Source: Candidatus Onthomorpha sp.
GTDB lineage: Bacteria > Bacteroidota > Bacteroidia > Bacteroidales > P3
Assembly (NCBI GenBank): GCA_045590015.1
Contig: JAZNQE010000025.1
Coordinates: forward strand, 57,970 to 121,969
Length of the DNA stretch: 64,000 nucleotides
Direction: 5' to 3'
Positions 10,156 through 19,551 of this stretch are shown piece after piece; position 1 is the first letter of the stretch, and every line of letters starts with the position of its first letter. The translations under genes and the position numbers were made by a program. The notes beneath the pieces were generated by a model that was not told where the DNA came from, searched no databases, and was given only the letters and a program-made list of their open reading frames with translations.

Positions 10156-10917
10156 TCAATTATCCTTCTTTTTTATCAAATGAGCCAACGGATAGTTCTT
10201 TTTAAGAATCTGTATAGCCTCTTCTGCAGTTTCTTGAGATATAAATGGTCCTATATTTATATAGTAGAAACTTTCATTGTATACTTTTACAGCTTTAGCA
10301 AGTTTCTTATACTGTTCCGGTAATTGATGTACAATATCTTTTGCCTCCGTTTTATTTGCTGCGGTTGCCAATCTTACATAATAAGTAAACAAAAACGCCT
10401 GTTCATATTTATTTCCTTTTGCAAATATTACAGAGTCCAAATACCTATTCCTCACACTATCATTTAATTCAGCTCTATCAAACATCTCAAATAATTCATT
10501 TTGTTTTTCCCACAACTCCATATACTCTTGACCAAGAATCTCAACTTTCACTTTAGCTGTACCTGTCTTATGTAATAATATCCTTTTAGCTGCCAACAAC
10601 GATAAATCGATTACTCCACTACGAGGGCAACGATCATTTACCTTAACCAAAACAGAACGTCCGTTTTTCAAATGAGTTACTCTTACTAACGTATTCAATG
10701 GTAGCGTTTTGTGAGCAGCAGTATATTTCTTCTGAGAAAAAATTTCTCCTGATGAAGTTTTTCTGTTTTCAAACCTATCATGATAGTATGTCGCACTTGC
10801 ATTAAAGCCTTTCTTTTCCTGTGAAAAAACATTACCCCTGAGAAAAGAAAATACGAGAACTAAAGACAAAATACCGAATACTTTATTTACCACGCTTTTG
10901 CATCTTCGTGAAACCAT
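10156..10917 (-). CDS. rlpA: septal ring lytic transglycosylase RlpA-family protein (DPBB + SPOR domains)
   Basis: DPBB core ASATYYHDRFENRKTSSGE...VLVKVNDRCP and a C-terminal SPOR-like domain. Start moved to Met21 to remove most of the overlap with kdsC. Confidence 0.7.
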   Translation of the reverse strand: MVSRRCKSVVNKVFGILSLVLVFSFLRGNVFSQEKKGFNASATYYHDRFENRKTSSGEIFSQKKYTAAHKTLPLNTLVRVTHLKNGRSVLVKVNDRCPRSGVIDLSLLAAKRILLHKTGTAKVKVEILGQEYMELWEKQNELFEMFDRAELNDSVRNRYLDSVIFAKGNKYEQAFLFTYYVRLATAANKTEAKDIVHQLPEQYKKLAKAVKVYNESFYYINIGPFISQETAEEAIQILKKNYPLAHLIKKKDN

Positions 10918-11405
10918 TGTCCTTGCAAACGAAGAACTTGCTCTATAACATCTCTGACACACCCTTGTCCACCACATTTGTGGGATATATAATCAGCAAC
11001 CGACTTTATCTCTTCAGCAGCATCGGCAGGGCACACAGACACCCCAACCATCGTCATAACATCATAATCAGGAATATCATCACCAACATACAAAACCTGC
11101 TCTGCTTCCAAGCCCTTATCTAACAAAAATTGCTCAAATATCTCTTTCTTTCGATGCGATCCCAAATACACATCCTCAACTCCAAGCATTTTCATTCTTG
11201 ATCTTATACTTTCGCCATTCCCTCCCGACAAAATTGCAACAATATACCCTTTACGCAAAGCATACTGTATTGCATAGCCATCCTTAACATTACCGCTTCT
11301 TACAATAATTTGATCGTTTGCTGACCAAATATTACCATCGCTTATAACTCCATCATAATCAAAAACGAAAGCTTTTATTCCATGCAACTTTGCTTTATAA
11401 TTCAT
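10887..11405 (-). CDS. kdsC: 3-deoxy-D-manno-octulosonate 8-phosphate phosphatase (HAD family)
   Basis: FVFDYDGVISDG...DGYAI...ILSGG...VGDDIPDY...GGQGCVRD is the KdsC pattern. Confidence 0.8.
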   Translation of the reverse strand: MNYKAKLHGIKAFVFDYDGVISDGNIWSANDQIIVRSGNVKDGYAIQYALRKGYIVAILSGGNGESIRSRMKMLGVEDVYLGSHRKKEIFEQFLLDKGLEAEQVLYVGDDIPDYDVMTMVGVSVCPADAAEEIKSVADYISHKCGGQGCVRDVIEQVLRLQGQWFHEDAKAW

Positions 11406-11408
11406 ACT

Positions 11409-12374
11409 CTAAAGATATTTATTCCCAATCAAATAATTCTGCACATAATCTCTTACTCCAGCTTCTAATGTATAAAAATCTGCAGTATATCCCACTGATT
11501 TAAGTTTCTGCATATTCGCTTGTGTAAAATACTGATACTTATCTCTTATATCAATAGGTATATCTATATATTCAATATTTATAGGCTTATCCATTGCTTC
11601 AAATGTTGCTACAGCCAAATCATAAAAACACCTCGCTTTTCCGCTACCTAGATTATAGATATCCGACTTCGGTTTATTTGTCATTAAAAAGAATAGCACA
11701 TTTACGACATCTTTTACATAAACAAAGTCTCTCATCTGTCTACCATCTTCAAAATCATCTCTGTGCGAACGGAATAATTTCACCTTACCAGTTTCTGTTA
11801 TCTGCTTAAATGAATGTATTACAACCGAAGCCATTCTTCCCTTATGATATTCATTTGGTCCATAAACATTAAAAAATTTCAAACCTGCCCAAAAAGGAGG
11901 TTGTTTTTCCTGTTGCAAAGCCCAAACATCAAATTCTTGCTTCGAACGACCATATGGATTTAACGGACATAACTTTGGAAGTAATTTTAAGTCATCATCA
12001 TATCCCAATTCTCCATTTCCGTAAGTTGCGGCTGACGAAGCATATACCATAGGAATGTTATTAGCAGAACAAATCTTCCAAATGCTTTTTGTATACTCCA
12101 AATTCAATTTAACAAATATATTCCAATCAAATTCGGTTGTATCTGTTCGTGCCCCCAAATGATAAACACCTTCCACCGAAGTGGCATTATCATTAAACCA
12201 TTCAATAAAGACTTCCCTATCTATCTTTTGAGAATACTTCAATCTGCTGTAGTTATTTGACTTTTCTTTTTTTGAAAAATCATCAACAATCACAACATCT
12301 GTTATCCCCATACTATTAAGCTTGCTCAACATACAACTGCCTATAAATCCAGCTGCTCCTGTTAATACTATCAT
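11409..12374 (-). CDS. hldD: ADP-L-glycero-D-manno-heptose 6-epimerase-like NAD-dependent epimerase
   Basis: MIVLTGAAGFIGS Rossmann motif. YASSAATYG, FNVYGPNEYHKGRMASV and RDFVYVKDV align well with HldD/RfaD as I remember it. Confidence 0.6.
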   Translation of the reverse strand: MIVLTGAAGFIGSCMLSKLNSMGITDVVIVDDFSKKEKSNNYSRLKYSQKIDREVFIEWFNDNATSVEGVYHLGARTDTTEFDWNIFVKLNLEYTKSIWKICSANNIPMVYASSAATYGNGELGYDDDLKLLPKLCPLNPYGRSKQEFDVWALQQEKQPPFWAGLKFFNVYGPNEYHKGRMASVVIHSFKQITETGKVKLFRSHRDDFEDGRQMRDFVYVKDVVNVLFFLMTNKPKSDIYNLGSGKARCFYDLAVATFEAMDKPINIEYIDIPIDIRDKYQYFTQANMQKLKSVGYTADFYTLEAGVRDYVQNYLIGNKYL

Positions 12375-12387
12375 AGACTACACTTTA

Positions 12388-13722
12388 TTATTTATTAGAA
12401 AATAGAGCTTCTTTCTTTTTAGAAACATATTCTATTGATCGTTCGTAAACATTTCTCCAGTCTTCCCATCCAAAATCTTCGGACAAACTCTCATTATGCC
12501 AAACGCTAATCAAATGTCCATCAGCTTCGACAACCTTATCAACAATGCCCACTATCTTAGCCAAAGCCTCATCGGGAGAAAGTTGTAAACCATTTTTCAA
12601 AGCTACATCCATATATGCAAACGGAAAAATTCTTAATTTGGTTTCAAAATCCAATGCCAAATCGTAAAAATTAAAGCTATTACATATACCAGCTCTGAAC
12701 CCGATAGCATTAGAATAGCCCATAGAATAATCTCCTTCAATATTGTTATTTATCAATTCACGATAAGACTCAGGCAATCTGAATCTGAGATAATGAAACC
12801 TTGATCTATGTATCGGTTTACGCAATAGAGACTTCAGCATCTTTATTTGTTCTGACATAAGCTCGGATTCTTCAAAACTTTCATAAGAAGGATGTATCCC
12901 GACCTTAGCATAATCACACAAAGACTTAAGCTGTAACCTGAATTTAGGATTGTATGGAGATATATTCTTATCATAGCGACCATAATCCCCAAACAAAATA
13001 AAGAAAGTCGTATTTACCTTATATTTCTGCAAAATGGAAATAATGTAATCGAATGTATCGTACGGATCTTGCCTCTTCCCTATTAACACACCCAATCTTT
13101 TAAGACATTGAGCTAAATTTCCTTTAAGCAAATCTCGAGCGAATCCTCCACAAGTACGCAGAACACCCTTTCCGCTATAAGAATAAGCCGAATCAACATC
13201 GATAGTATTGGTGTAAGTAAAGAATGACTTCTTCGACTCCAAGGTAGGATATATCGTTTGCAACTTTTGTTTTAGTTCCCTCACCCAAATATTTACCACA
13301 GGTTTATCCAAGAAACCTTTTTTGTAGGCTAAACTATCTTCTGCTTTGAAACGCGAGTGTTCATCTCTGACAAAAGGCAAATATTCTTCATAACGAGAAA
13401 CCAAATAAAAAACAGATGCAAGCACATCATAATCACAAATCGAATCCTTGGAATATTGCTTAAAAAGATAGGGTAATCCGTTTTGTTCAAAATAGTTTAC
13501 ATCCACAAGCTCTATAGTTGTATCAAACAAAAGACTATCACAACATAAGAATGCTTCATCACACAGTTTGTGTTTGCAGTAAGATAGCTTCGGATCTTTG
13601 CTTTCGACAAAAAAATCCTCATCGGTTGTTATGGAATATTCGATTCCCATCAACTCTCCGAAAACGAGATTCAACGTATAACCCAATCTGTTGGTTATTT
13701 TTTTAGCATATATCAGTAGCAT
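12388..13722 (-). CDS. polysaccharide deacetylase-family protein (Bacteroidota-type, long N-terminal domain)
   Basis: The N-terminus MLLIYAKKITNRLGYTLNLVF resembles the conserved N-domain of flavobacterial deacetylase-family proteins. HPSYESF...RFHYLRF resembles the CE4 region. Confidence 0.5.
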   Translation of the reverse strand: MLLIYAKKITNRLGYTLNLVFGELMGIEYSITTDEDFFVESKDPKLSYCKHKLCDEAFLCCDSLLFDTTIELVDVNYFEQNGLPYLFKQYSKDSICDYDVLASVFYLVSRYEEYLPFVRDEHSRFKAEDSLAYKKGFLDKPVVNIWVRELKQKLQTIYPTLESKKSFFTYTNTIDVDSAYSYSGKGVLRTCGGFARDLLKGNLAQCLKRLGVLIGKRQDPYDTFDYIISILQKYKVNTTFFILFGDYGRYDKNISPYNPKFRLQLKSLCDYAKVGIHPSYESFEESELMSEQIKMLKSLLRKPIHRSRFHYLRFRLPESYRELINNNIEGDYSMGYSNAIGFRAGICNSFNFYDLALDFETKLRIFPFAYMDVALKNGLQLSPDEALAKIVGIVDKVVEADGHLISVWHNESLSEDFGWEDWRNVYERSIEYVSKKKEALFSNK

Positions 13723-13727
13723 AAAAC

Positions 13728-14450
13728 TTATCTCAACTCAAAGTCATCTCCCAAATACTTTGTTCTCACCTCAACATCGGCAGCCAATTCTTCAGGAGTT
13801 CCATGTCTGAAAACCGTTCCTTCAATCAACAAATACGCTCTATTGGTTATAGAAAGAGTTTCATGAACATTATGATCAGTAATCAGTACGCCTATATTTC
13901 TATCTTTCAATCCCTTTACAATATGCTGAATATCTTGAACAGCTATCGGATCCACTCCTGCGAATGGCTCGTCCAACAAAACAAATTTTGGATCAGCCGC
14001 TAAAGCCCTCGCTATTTCACAACGTCTTCTCTCCCCTCCCGAAAGCTGATTACCATTGTTTTTCCGTATATGTGTCAGGCTGAATTCTTCCAAAAGGGAT
14101 TCCATTTTCTCTTTTCTTTCTTTCTGACTTATGTTTTTGAATTCCAAGACAGACATTATATTATCTTCAACCGACATATTTCGAAACACAGACGCTTCTT
14201 GTGCCAAATAACCAACACCGAGTTGAGATCTTTTATACATCGGCATCTTTGTAATATTGGTCTGATCTAAATAAACATCCCCCGAAAAAGGATGAATCAA
14301 GCCTGTCATCATGTAAAAAGTAGTTGTCTTACCTGCTCCATTCGGCCCTAACAAACCAACAATCTCTCCTTGCTCAACCGAAATCGACACACCCTTCACC
14401 ACAGTCCTTTTCCTATACTTTTTAACTACATTGTCAGTATATAATTTCAT
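13728..14450 (-). CDS. lptB: LPS export ABC transporter ATP-binding protein
   Basis: Walker A GPNGAGKTT, signature LSGGERRR, Walker B LLDEPF. Start moved to MKLYTDNVVKKY (Met62 of the ORF). A TAnnTTTG box lies 21 nt upstream. Confidence 0.85.
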   Translation of the reverse strand: MKLYTDNVVKKYRKRTVVKGVSISVEQGEIVGLLGPNGAGKTTTFYMMTGLIHPFSGDVYLDQTNITKMPMYKRSQLGVGYLAQEASVFRNMSVEDNIMSVLEFKNISQKERKEKMESLLEEFSLTHIRKNNGNQLSGGERRRCEIARALAADPKFVLLDEPFAGVDPIAVQDIQHIVKGLKDRNIGVLITDHNVHETLSITNRAYLLIEGTVFRHGTPEELAADVEVRTKYLGDDFELR

Positions 14451-14470
14451 TTTTCTATATTTTGAAAGTA

Positions 14471-14478
14471 CAAAGATA
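14471..14478 (-). promoter_or_regulatory. -7 box TAtcTTTG upstream of lptB
   Basis: CAAAGATA on the plus strand, 21 nt upstream of the ATG at 14450. Confidence 0.5.
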
Positions 14479-14686
14479 CAACAAAGAAACGATAAAATGA
14501 ATTCAAGAAAGAAAAGAATAGTTCTTGAATCCGTTTCGCTGAATCTTGAATTCATTTTTCCACCATCATAATGCACTTTTTCAACAACCCATTCTATAGA
14601 AACATATCGAAATCTCAACAAGCCGAACAACAAACCATTTAATTGAAATCTTGTTATTTTTTAACCGACATTTTAGACAAAAACAT

Positions 14687-14694
14687 TACATTTG
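14687..14694 (+). promoter_or_regulatory. -7 box TAcaTTTG upstream of the 324-aa hypothetical gene
   Basis: 36 nt upstream of the ATG at 14730. Confidence 0.45.
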
Positions 14695-14729
14695 CAATCG
14701 GCAAAAATAAACAAAGGGTAAGTTACATC

Positions 14730-15701
14730 ATGACAGAAGAAACAATCTCCGAAAGATTATATAGAGAATATATAACAAAATATATAGATAAGATAACGAA
14801 ATTAGACACCCACCCTGATTTTATCAGAAACGATGCTGTGCGTAAACGCGAAACAAAAAGTCATATCATGTACAAACTTAAACGCAATCCAATATCACAA
14901 TCTTTGGATTTCTTGTTCGATAGCAATGCTTCTGAAAAAAAATATAAGTATGAGTTCCTCGTAGAGTTTGATAAAGAAACTCCGGGCTATGGTATATATT
15001 ATGGTTGCAGGGCAATAATCGATGAATCCATAACTTCAGAAGAAGAACTTCTTAGGCAGATTGACTTAATTGAAGAAGACATGATTCCGATTAAAGAAAA
15101 AGCATCTGAAGTTTTAAATAAAGTTTTTGTATCTAAAAAATTCAATGAACAATCCTTCAGAAAAACAAACAACGCCAATGAAAACACCTATTGGCCTTTT
15201 TGGATCGCTTTATCTGATGAAGAAGACATTTGGGTGATTGCCGCACAAGCAACCAAGTTAATTGCAAATACATATCTGACTATAAATACAGGACAACCTC
15301 TCTTCAAATTTAGTCAACCCAAATATGAGAAAGAACACAATTTATGCAATATTGTGCAAACTAGATTTACTTTCGATGCACTGCAAGAGTTATTGAAAAA
15401 ATTAAAAACCACAGATAAGCAAGATTTATTCTTAGACTTCATTATCAAAGCAGAGAAAAAAGGATTCCTTACAAGAAATTCTTACTACGAATTCGCATGG
15501 GATTTATCTAAAAGTGGAGAACGCAACAAAGGGGCTTTCAATGGAGCTGTCAAAATATTGCTCGAGAAGTTAGAACACAAAGGAGAATGGAATTTAGTTG
15601 AACGAATCATACTGCAAGGATTAAAACAGAATTTAGGAAAACAAGAAGCAACCAATAGAAATGTGTTTAATGATATTATGGATATCAAAACAGAAAAATA
15701 A
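14730..15701 (+). CDS. hypothetical protein (no recognisable domain)
   Basis: 324-aa ORF starting at MTEETISERLY, 36 nt downstream of a TAcaTTTG box. Conserved-looking patches are YGIYYGCRAI and TYWPFWIAL. Confidence 0.5.
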   Translation: MTEETISERLYREYITKYIDKITKLDTHPDFIRNDAVRKRETKSHIMYKLKRNPISQSLDFLFDSNASEKKYKYEFLVEFDKETPGYGIYYGCRAIIDESITSEEELLRQIDLIEEDMIPIKEKASEVLNKVFVSKKFNEQSFRKTNNANENTYWPFWIALSDEEDIWVIAAQATKLIANTYLTINTGQPLFKFSQPKYEKEHNLCNIVQTRFTFDALQELLKKLKTTDKQDLFLDFIIKAEKKGFLTRNSYYEFAWDLSKSGERNKGAFNGAVKILLEKLEHKGEWNLVERIILQGLKQNLGKQEATNRNVFNDIMDIKTEK

Positions 15702-15751
15702 TCTTTTGAAGAAATCTTTTACAGTAAAATAGAACCTCGCGAAGAACTTGC

Positions 15752-15759
15752 TACCTTTG
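15752..15759 (+). promoter_or_regulatory. -7 box TAccTTTG upstream of the DUF1232 gene
   Basis: 43 nt upstream of the ATG at 15802. Confidence 0.45.
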
Positions 15760-15801
15760 CACCGTCTTCTTGGAAACAAGTCAGACGTATCAGTAACAAA
15801 A

Positions 15802-16215
15802 ATGTTTAATTCAAAATTTGCAGCTATGGAACAGATAGATTGGAAAAATGAAAATTTAGAAAAGTATGGTACTAACTACTCCGAGCCAAGTCTTTGGAAG
15901 AAAATTGGCAAATTTGCCGCAAAAGCAGGTTTGAAAGTCATTTATTATGTACTCATTCTTTACTACTCGTTAAAATCAGACAAAGTTTCCAAAAAAGAAA
16001 AAGCGTTAATAATCGGAGCGTTGGGCTATTTTATTCTGCCAGTGGATTTAGTTCCAGATTTAATTCCCGGAGTTGGATTTGCAGATGACGCAGCAGCTTT
16101 ATTGGTTGTTATCCGCAGTCTGACATGTGTAGACTTTGAGATAAAGAATCAAGCAAAATACAAACTGCGTGAGTGGTTCAGTGATTACAACGAAAGTGAA
16201 ATAGACAACATTTAA
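15802..16215 (+). CDS. YkvA/DUF1232-family membrane protein
   Basis: The motif GYFILPVDLVPDLIPGVGFADDAAALLVV is the DUF1232 signature. Start set downstream of a TAccTTTG box that lies inside the longer ORF. Confidence 0.65.
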   Translation: MFNSKFAAMEQIDWKNENLEKYGTNYSEPSLWKKIGKFAAKAGLKVIYYVLILYYSLKSDKVSKKEKALIIGALGYFILPVDLVPDLIPGVGFADDAAALLVVIRSLTCVDFEIKNQAKYKLREWFSDYNESEIDNI

Positions 16216-16236
16216 TCAATAAAAAAATCTACAAGC

Positions 16237-16944
16237 ATGGAAAGAAAAATCTCAAAACAAGAGTTAGATATAGAAAATCAAATAACAGAAATTGCGAACA
16301 AAATCTCATCTGCAGATACAGAGGCAATATACGATGGTGTATTCGATTTAGAATTGTATAAAAGTTCTCCAATACGATTGATGTATGTTTTGAAAGAAGC
16401 ATACGATGAATTTGATGATCAGAACAATGCTTATGGTGGTGGTTATAGCATACCTCGCGATTGTTTCATTAAAAATGACGCTGGAAACGTCAAGACGTGG
16501 CAACCAATCATATACACAACTTACGCTTTGTTCAATGACTTAAAATATAATGATATAGACTACATCTGCAACGACAAAAGCATGACAGATGTACTTAAAC
16601 AGATAGCCTATATCAATACAAATAAAATACCGGGGCAGAAAACATCAGATGATTCTTTCATAAGCAAAGCCTATAATACCTGGAAACCGGTGTTGATGCG
16701 TCAAATAGATTTTTACAATCCTCAAGTAATAATTTTCTGTGGCACTTTCAAATTTTACAAAGCTGATTTAGTTGGTCTATATACCAAACCTATATACACA
16801 AGTCAAAGCAATTCTCTTAATGTTTACCGAAAAGAAAATGGGGCTCTTCTTCTTGATGCTTACCATCCTAATCAACGATTTGTCAAACACGAAATCTATG
16901 TCAATGACATCCTTAACGCGATAAAGGATTTTTTGAACAAGTAA
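16237..16944 (+). CDS. hypothetical protein, possible divergent uracil-DNA-glycosylase-superfamily fold
   Basis: LMYVLKEAYDEFDD, IAYINTNKIPG, NPQVIIFCG and AYHPNQR line up with UDG family-4 motifs (VGEAPG, TNvvKcRP, iv-lG, HPS), but motif A is degenerate. Confidence 0.45.
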   Translation: MERKISKQELDIENQITEIANKISSADTEAIYDGVFDLELYKSSPIRLMYVLKEAYDEFDDQNNAYGGGYSIPRDCFIKNDAGNVKTWQPIIYTTYALFNDLKYNDIDYICNDKSMTDVLKQIAYINTNKIPGQKTSDDSFISKAYNTWKPVLMRQIDFYNPQVIIFCGTFKFYKADLVGLYTKPIYTSQSNSLNVYRKENGALLLDAYHPNQRFVKHEIYVNDILNAIKDFLNK

Positions 16945-16966
16945 CATATTTCAAAATATAAACGGT

Positions 16967-17200
16967 ATGAAAAGAGGAAAAGCAATATTTGTTTGCAATG
17001 ACTGCAAGAAGGTTTTTGTAGGCGATGACTTAGAATATCATGCCACCGTTTTGTCTCATCCTTTAGAGTGTCCGAAATGTGGAAGTATGCACACAAAACC
17101 TATATTTGCAAGCAAGGTTATTTACAAAAAAATTTGGAGAAAAAAAATAAAGAAAAATTGTAATCAAGAAATACTCTCCCCCAAAAAAGAACGGGCTTAA
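16967..17200 (+). CDS. small zinc-ribbon protein with basic tail
   Basis: CNDC...CPKC four-Cys pattern and a Lys-rich C-terminus. The stop lies inside the terminator stem. Confidence 0.45.
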   Translation: MKRGKAIFVCNDCKKVFVGDDLEYHATVLSHPLECPKCGSMHTKPIFASKVIYKKIWRKKIKKNCNQEILSPKKERA

Positions 17201-17232
17201 CAAGATAAAATCCTGCAAGCCCGTTCTCTTAT
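17189..17232. terminator. bidirectional terminator between the zinc-ribbon gene and the EF-G paralogue
   Basis: GAACGGGCTT ... AAGCCCGTTC 10-bp stem, with an A6 run upstream and T-rich sequence downstream. Confidence 0.7.
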
Positions 17233-17248
17233 TTAATCGAAAACTATT

Positions 17249-19387
17249 TTAATCTTCGTCTTTCATTAACTCTTCATAAGTCTTCAACAACTTAGATTGA
17301 ACATCTGTAGGAACAGCTTCATATTCTGCAAACTGCATTGAGAAGACAGCTCTACCAGAAGTGATTGAAGAAAGTGCGGTAGAATAACGATACATCTCAG
17401 CCAAAGGCACTTTTGCTTTAATAATAGTATTCATTCCCTCAGAGTCCATACCCATAACTATTGCTCGACGAGATTGAAGGTCTGTCATAACCCCTCCCAT
17501 CAATTCAGAAGGCACAGTAACTTCCATATCGTATATTGGTTCCAATATTTTAGGACCTGCGTTCTTGAAAGCTTCTTTGAAAGCGTTACGTCCGGCAAGT
17601 TTGAATGCCATTTCATTACTATCAACAGGGTGCATCTTTCCATCGAACACGTTAACCACGATATCTCTCGCATAAGAACCTGTCAATGGACCTTCTTCCA
17701 TTTTTTCCATAATACCTTTTAAAATTGCAGGCATAAATCTTGCATCAATTGCTCCACCAACAATACAAGTATTAAACACCAACTTACCACCCCAAGGTAA
17801 ATCTACAGTTTCTGTATTTCTGATAGGATATTTCTTTTGTTGTGGCATATCTTCATAATACGGCTCAATCATCATGAAGACTTCTCCAAATTGTCCAGCA
17901 CCTCCTGATTGTTTTTTATGCCTATAAGAAGCCTCTGCACTCTTTGTTATGGTTTCTCTATATGGAATCTTAGGTGCGAATAATTCTACTGGAATCTTGT
18001 AAACGTTATCCAAATACCATTTCAATGTATTAACATGATATTCACCCATTGCACTTATAATGGTTTGTTTTAACTCCCTTGCTATCTCTACTTTCAAAGA
18101 ACAATCATTTGAAGCATATTCATTCAAAACCATACCAAGCTTTTCGTCATCTGCACTATCGACAGCCTTGATTGCAGTTGTGTATATAGGTTCTGGGAAT
18201 TTTATTTCATTCAATTTATCTCCTATATTCTTGGTTGACGTAAGGGTGTCATTTGTAGATACATCTTTAAGTTTAATCGTAGATATAATATCTCCTGCAG
18301 CTGCTTTTTCGATTTTTGTTCTTGTCTTACCTGAATTTACGAATATTTGAGCGATTCTTTCTTTTCCTTCATTAGTAGAATTAACCACATCCATACCTTC
18401 AGCCAATTCTCCGCTCATTACTTTCATATATACTATGTTTCCGACATGTGTTTCGTTTGCAGTCTTGAACACAAACAAAGTTGTAGGAGCAGCTTCATTG
18501 AAAGTAATCTTCTCTCCCGATACAAGAGTTTTTGCATGCAATGCTTCTGTTGGAGAAGGCACGTTGAAAGTAATAAATTCCATCAATCTACCAACACCGA
18601 TGTTTTCCTTTCCAGACACACATAAAACAGGGAACACATTTCTTGCCGCCATTCCCAATCTCAAACCGCGTCTTACTTCATCAATTGCCAAATCTCCGTT
18701 ATCGAAATACTTCTCCATCAAATCATCAGAACCAGAAGCAGCATTTTCTACCAAAGCCAAACGCAATTCTTCTGCTCTTTCCTTTTCTTCTTCTGGAATA
18801 TCCAATATTTCAGGCTTGCCTCCACCTGCTGGATATTTGTACATCTTTTGCATTATCAAGTCAATAAAGCAATTGAATCCAGGGCCTTGATTAATCGGAT
18901 ATTGTACAATTGTTATTTTTTCACCGAAAAATTCTTTCAATTCTCTGATCTGTTCGTCAAAATTAGACTTTTCATGATCCAATTGGTTCATTGCAAACAT
19001 CAAAGGAATAGCTAGTCTTGATGTATGGCGGAAAGCGATTTCTGTTCCTACCTCCACTCCGATTTGAGAGTTGATTACAACAACTGCAGTCTCGGCAACG
19101 TGCAAAGAAGCTACCAATTCACCTTGATAGTCTGCATAACCAGGAACGTCTATTATATTTATCTTTTTATTATTGTACTCTGCATATAAAAGACTCGAAG
19201 AAACAGAACTCTTTCTTTCAATTTCTATATCTCTATAATCGGAAACAGTATTTTTCTCTTCAACAGAACCCCTACGGCTTATTGTATTTCCTTCGAATGC
19301 CATAGCCTCAGCTAAGGTCGTTTTACCTGATTTAGCACCACCCATCAAGGCGATGTTCTTAATTTCTGACGTGTGATAAATTTTCAT
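17249..19387 (-). CDS. elongation factor G paralogue (EF-G2-like, degenerate GTPase motifs)
   Basis: 712 aa with full EF-G domain architecture. G1 is GGAKSGKTT, G3 is DVPGY (canonical DTPGH), G4 is NQLD (canonical NKMD). Confidence 0.85.
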   Translation of the reverse strand: MKIYHTSEIKNIALMGGAKSGKTTLAEAMAFEGNTISRRGSVEEKNTVSDYRDIEIERKSSVSSSLLYAEYNNKKINIIDVPGYADYQGELVASLHVAETAVVVINSQIGVEVGTEIAFRHTSRLAIPLMFAMNQLDHEKSNFDEQIRELKEFFGEKITIVQYPINQGPGFNCFIDLIMQKMYKYPAGGGKPEILDIPEEEKERAEELRLALVENAASGSDDLMEKYFDNGDLAIDEVRRGLRLGMAARNVFPVLCVSGKENIGVGRLMEFITFNVPSPTEALHAKTLVSGEKITFNEAAPTTLFVFKTANETHVGNIVYMKVMSGELAEGMDVVNSTNEGKERIAQIFVNSGKTRTKIEKAAAGDIISTIKLKDVSTNDTLTSTKNIGDKLNEIKFPEPIYTTAIKAVDSADDEKLGMVLNEYASNDCSLKVEIARELKQTIISAMGEYHVNTLKWYLDNVYKIPVELFAPKIPYRETITKSAEASYRHKKQSGGAGQFGEVFMMIEPYYEDMPQQKKYPIRNTETVDLPWGGKLVFNTCIVGGAIDARFMPAILKGIMEKMEEGPLTGSYARDIVVNVFDGKMHPVDSNEMAFKLAGRNAFKEAFKNAGPKILEPIYDMEVTVPSELMGGVMTDLQSRRAIVMGMDSEGMNTIIKAKVPLAEMYRYSTALSSITSGRAVFSMQFAEYEAVPTDVQSKLLKTYEELMKDED

Positions 19388-19433
19388 ACACTATTTTGTT
19401 TTTTGAAAGTTAATAATATAGTATTTGTTGGAG

Positions 19434-19441
19434 CAAAGATA
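19434..19441 (-). promoter_or_regulatory. -7 box TAtcTTTG upstream of the EF-G paralogue
   Basis: CAAAGATA on the plus strand, 47 nt upstream of the ATG at 19387. Confidence 0.5.
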
Positions 19442-19551
19442 AATACTTTTTTCTTGACAACAAAACTTTTTTCAAAAAAAATATCTCGTAAATAAATATT
19501 TCACCTACATGAAACCCAAAATGGCAATATAAAACCTACAAAGACAAAACT

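Noticed and set aside
14451-14633. N-terminal extension of lptB (61 aa)
   Set aside because: It contains the promoter box and has no similarity to LptB. Canonical LptB starts at MKLYTDN.
18435-18890. 151-aa plus-strand ORF inside the EF-G paralogue
   Set aside because: It is antisense to a strongly supported CDS. It is Ser/Phe/Pro-rich with no motif.
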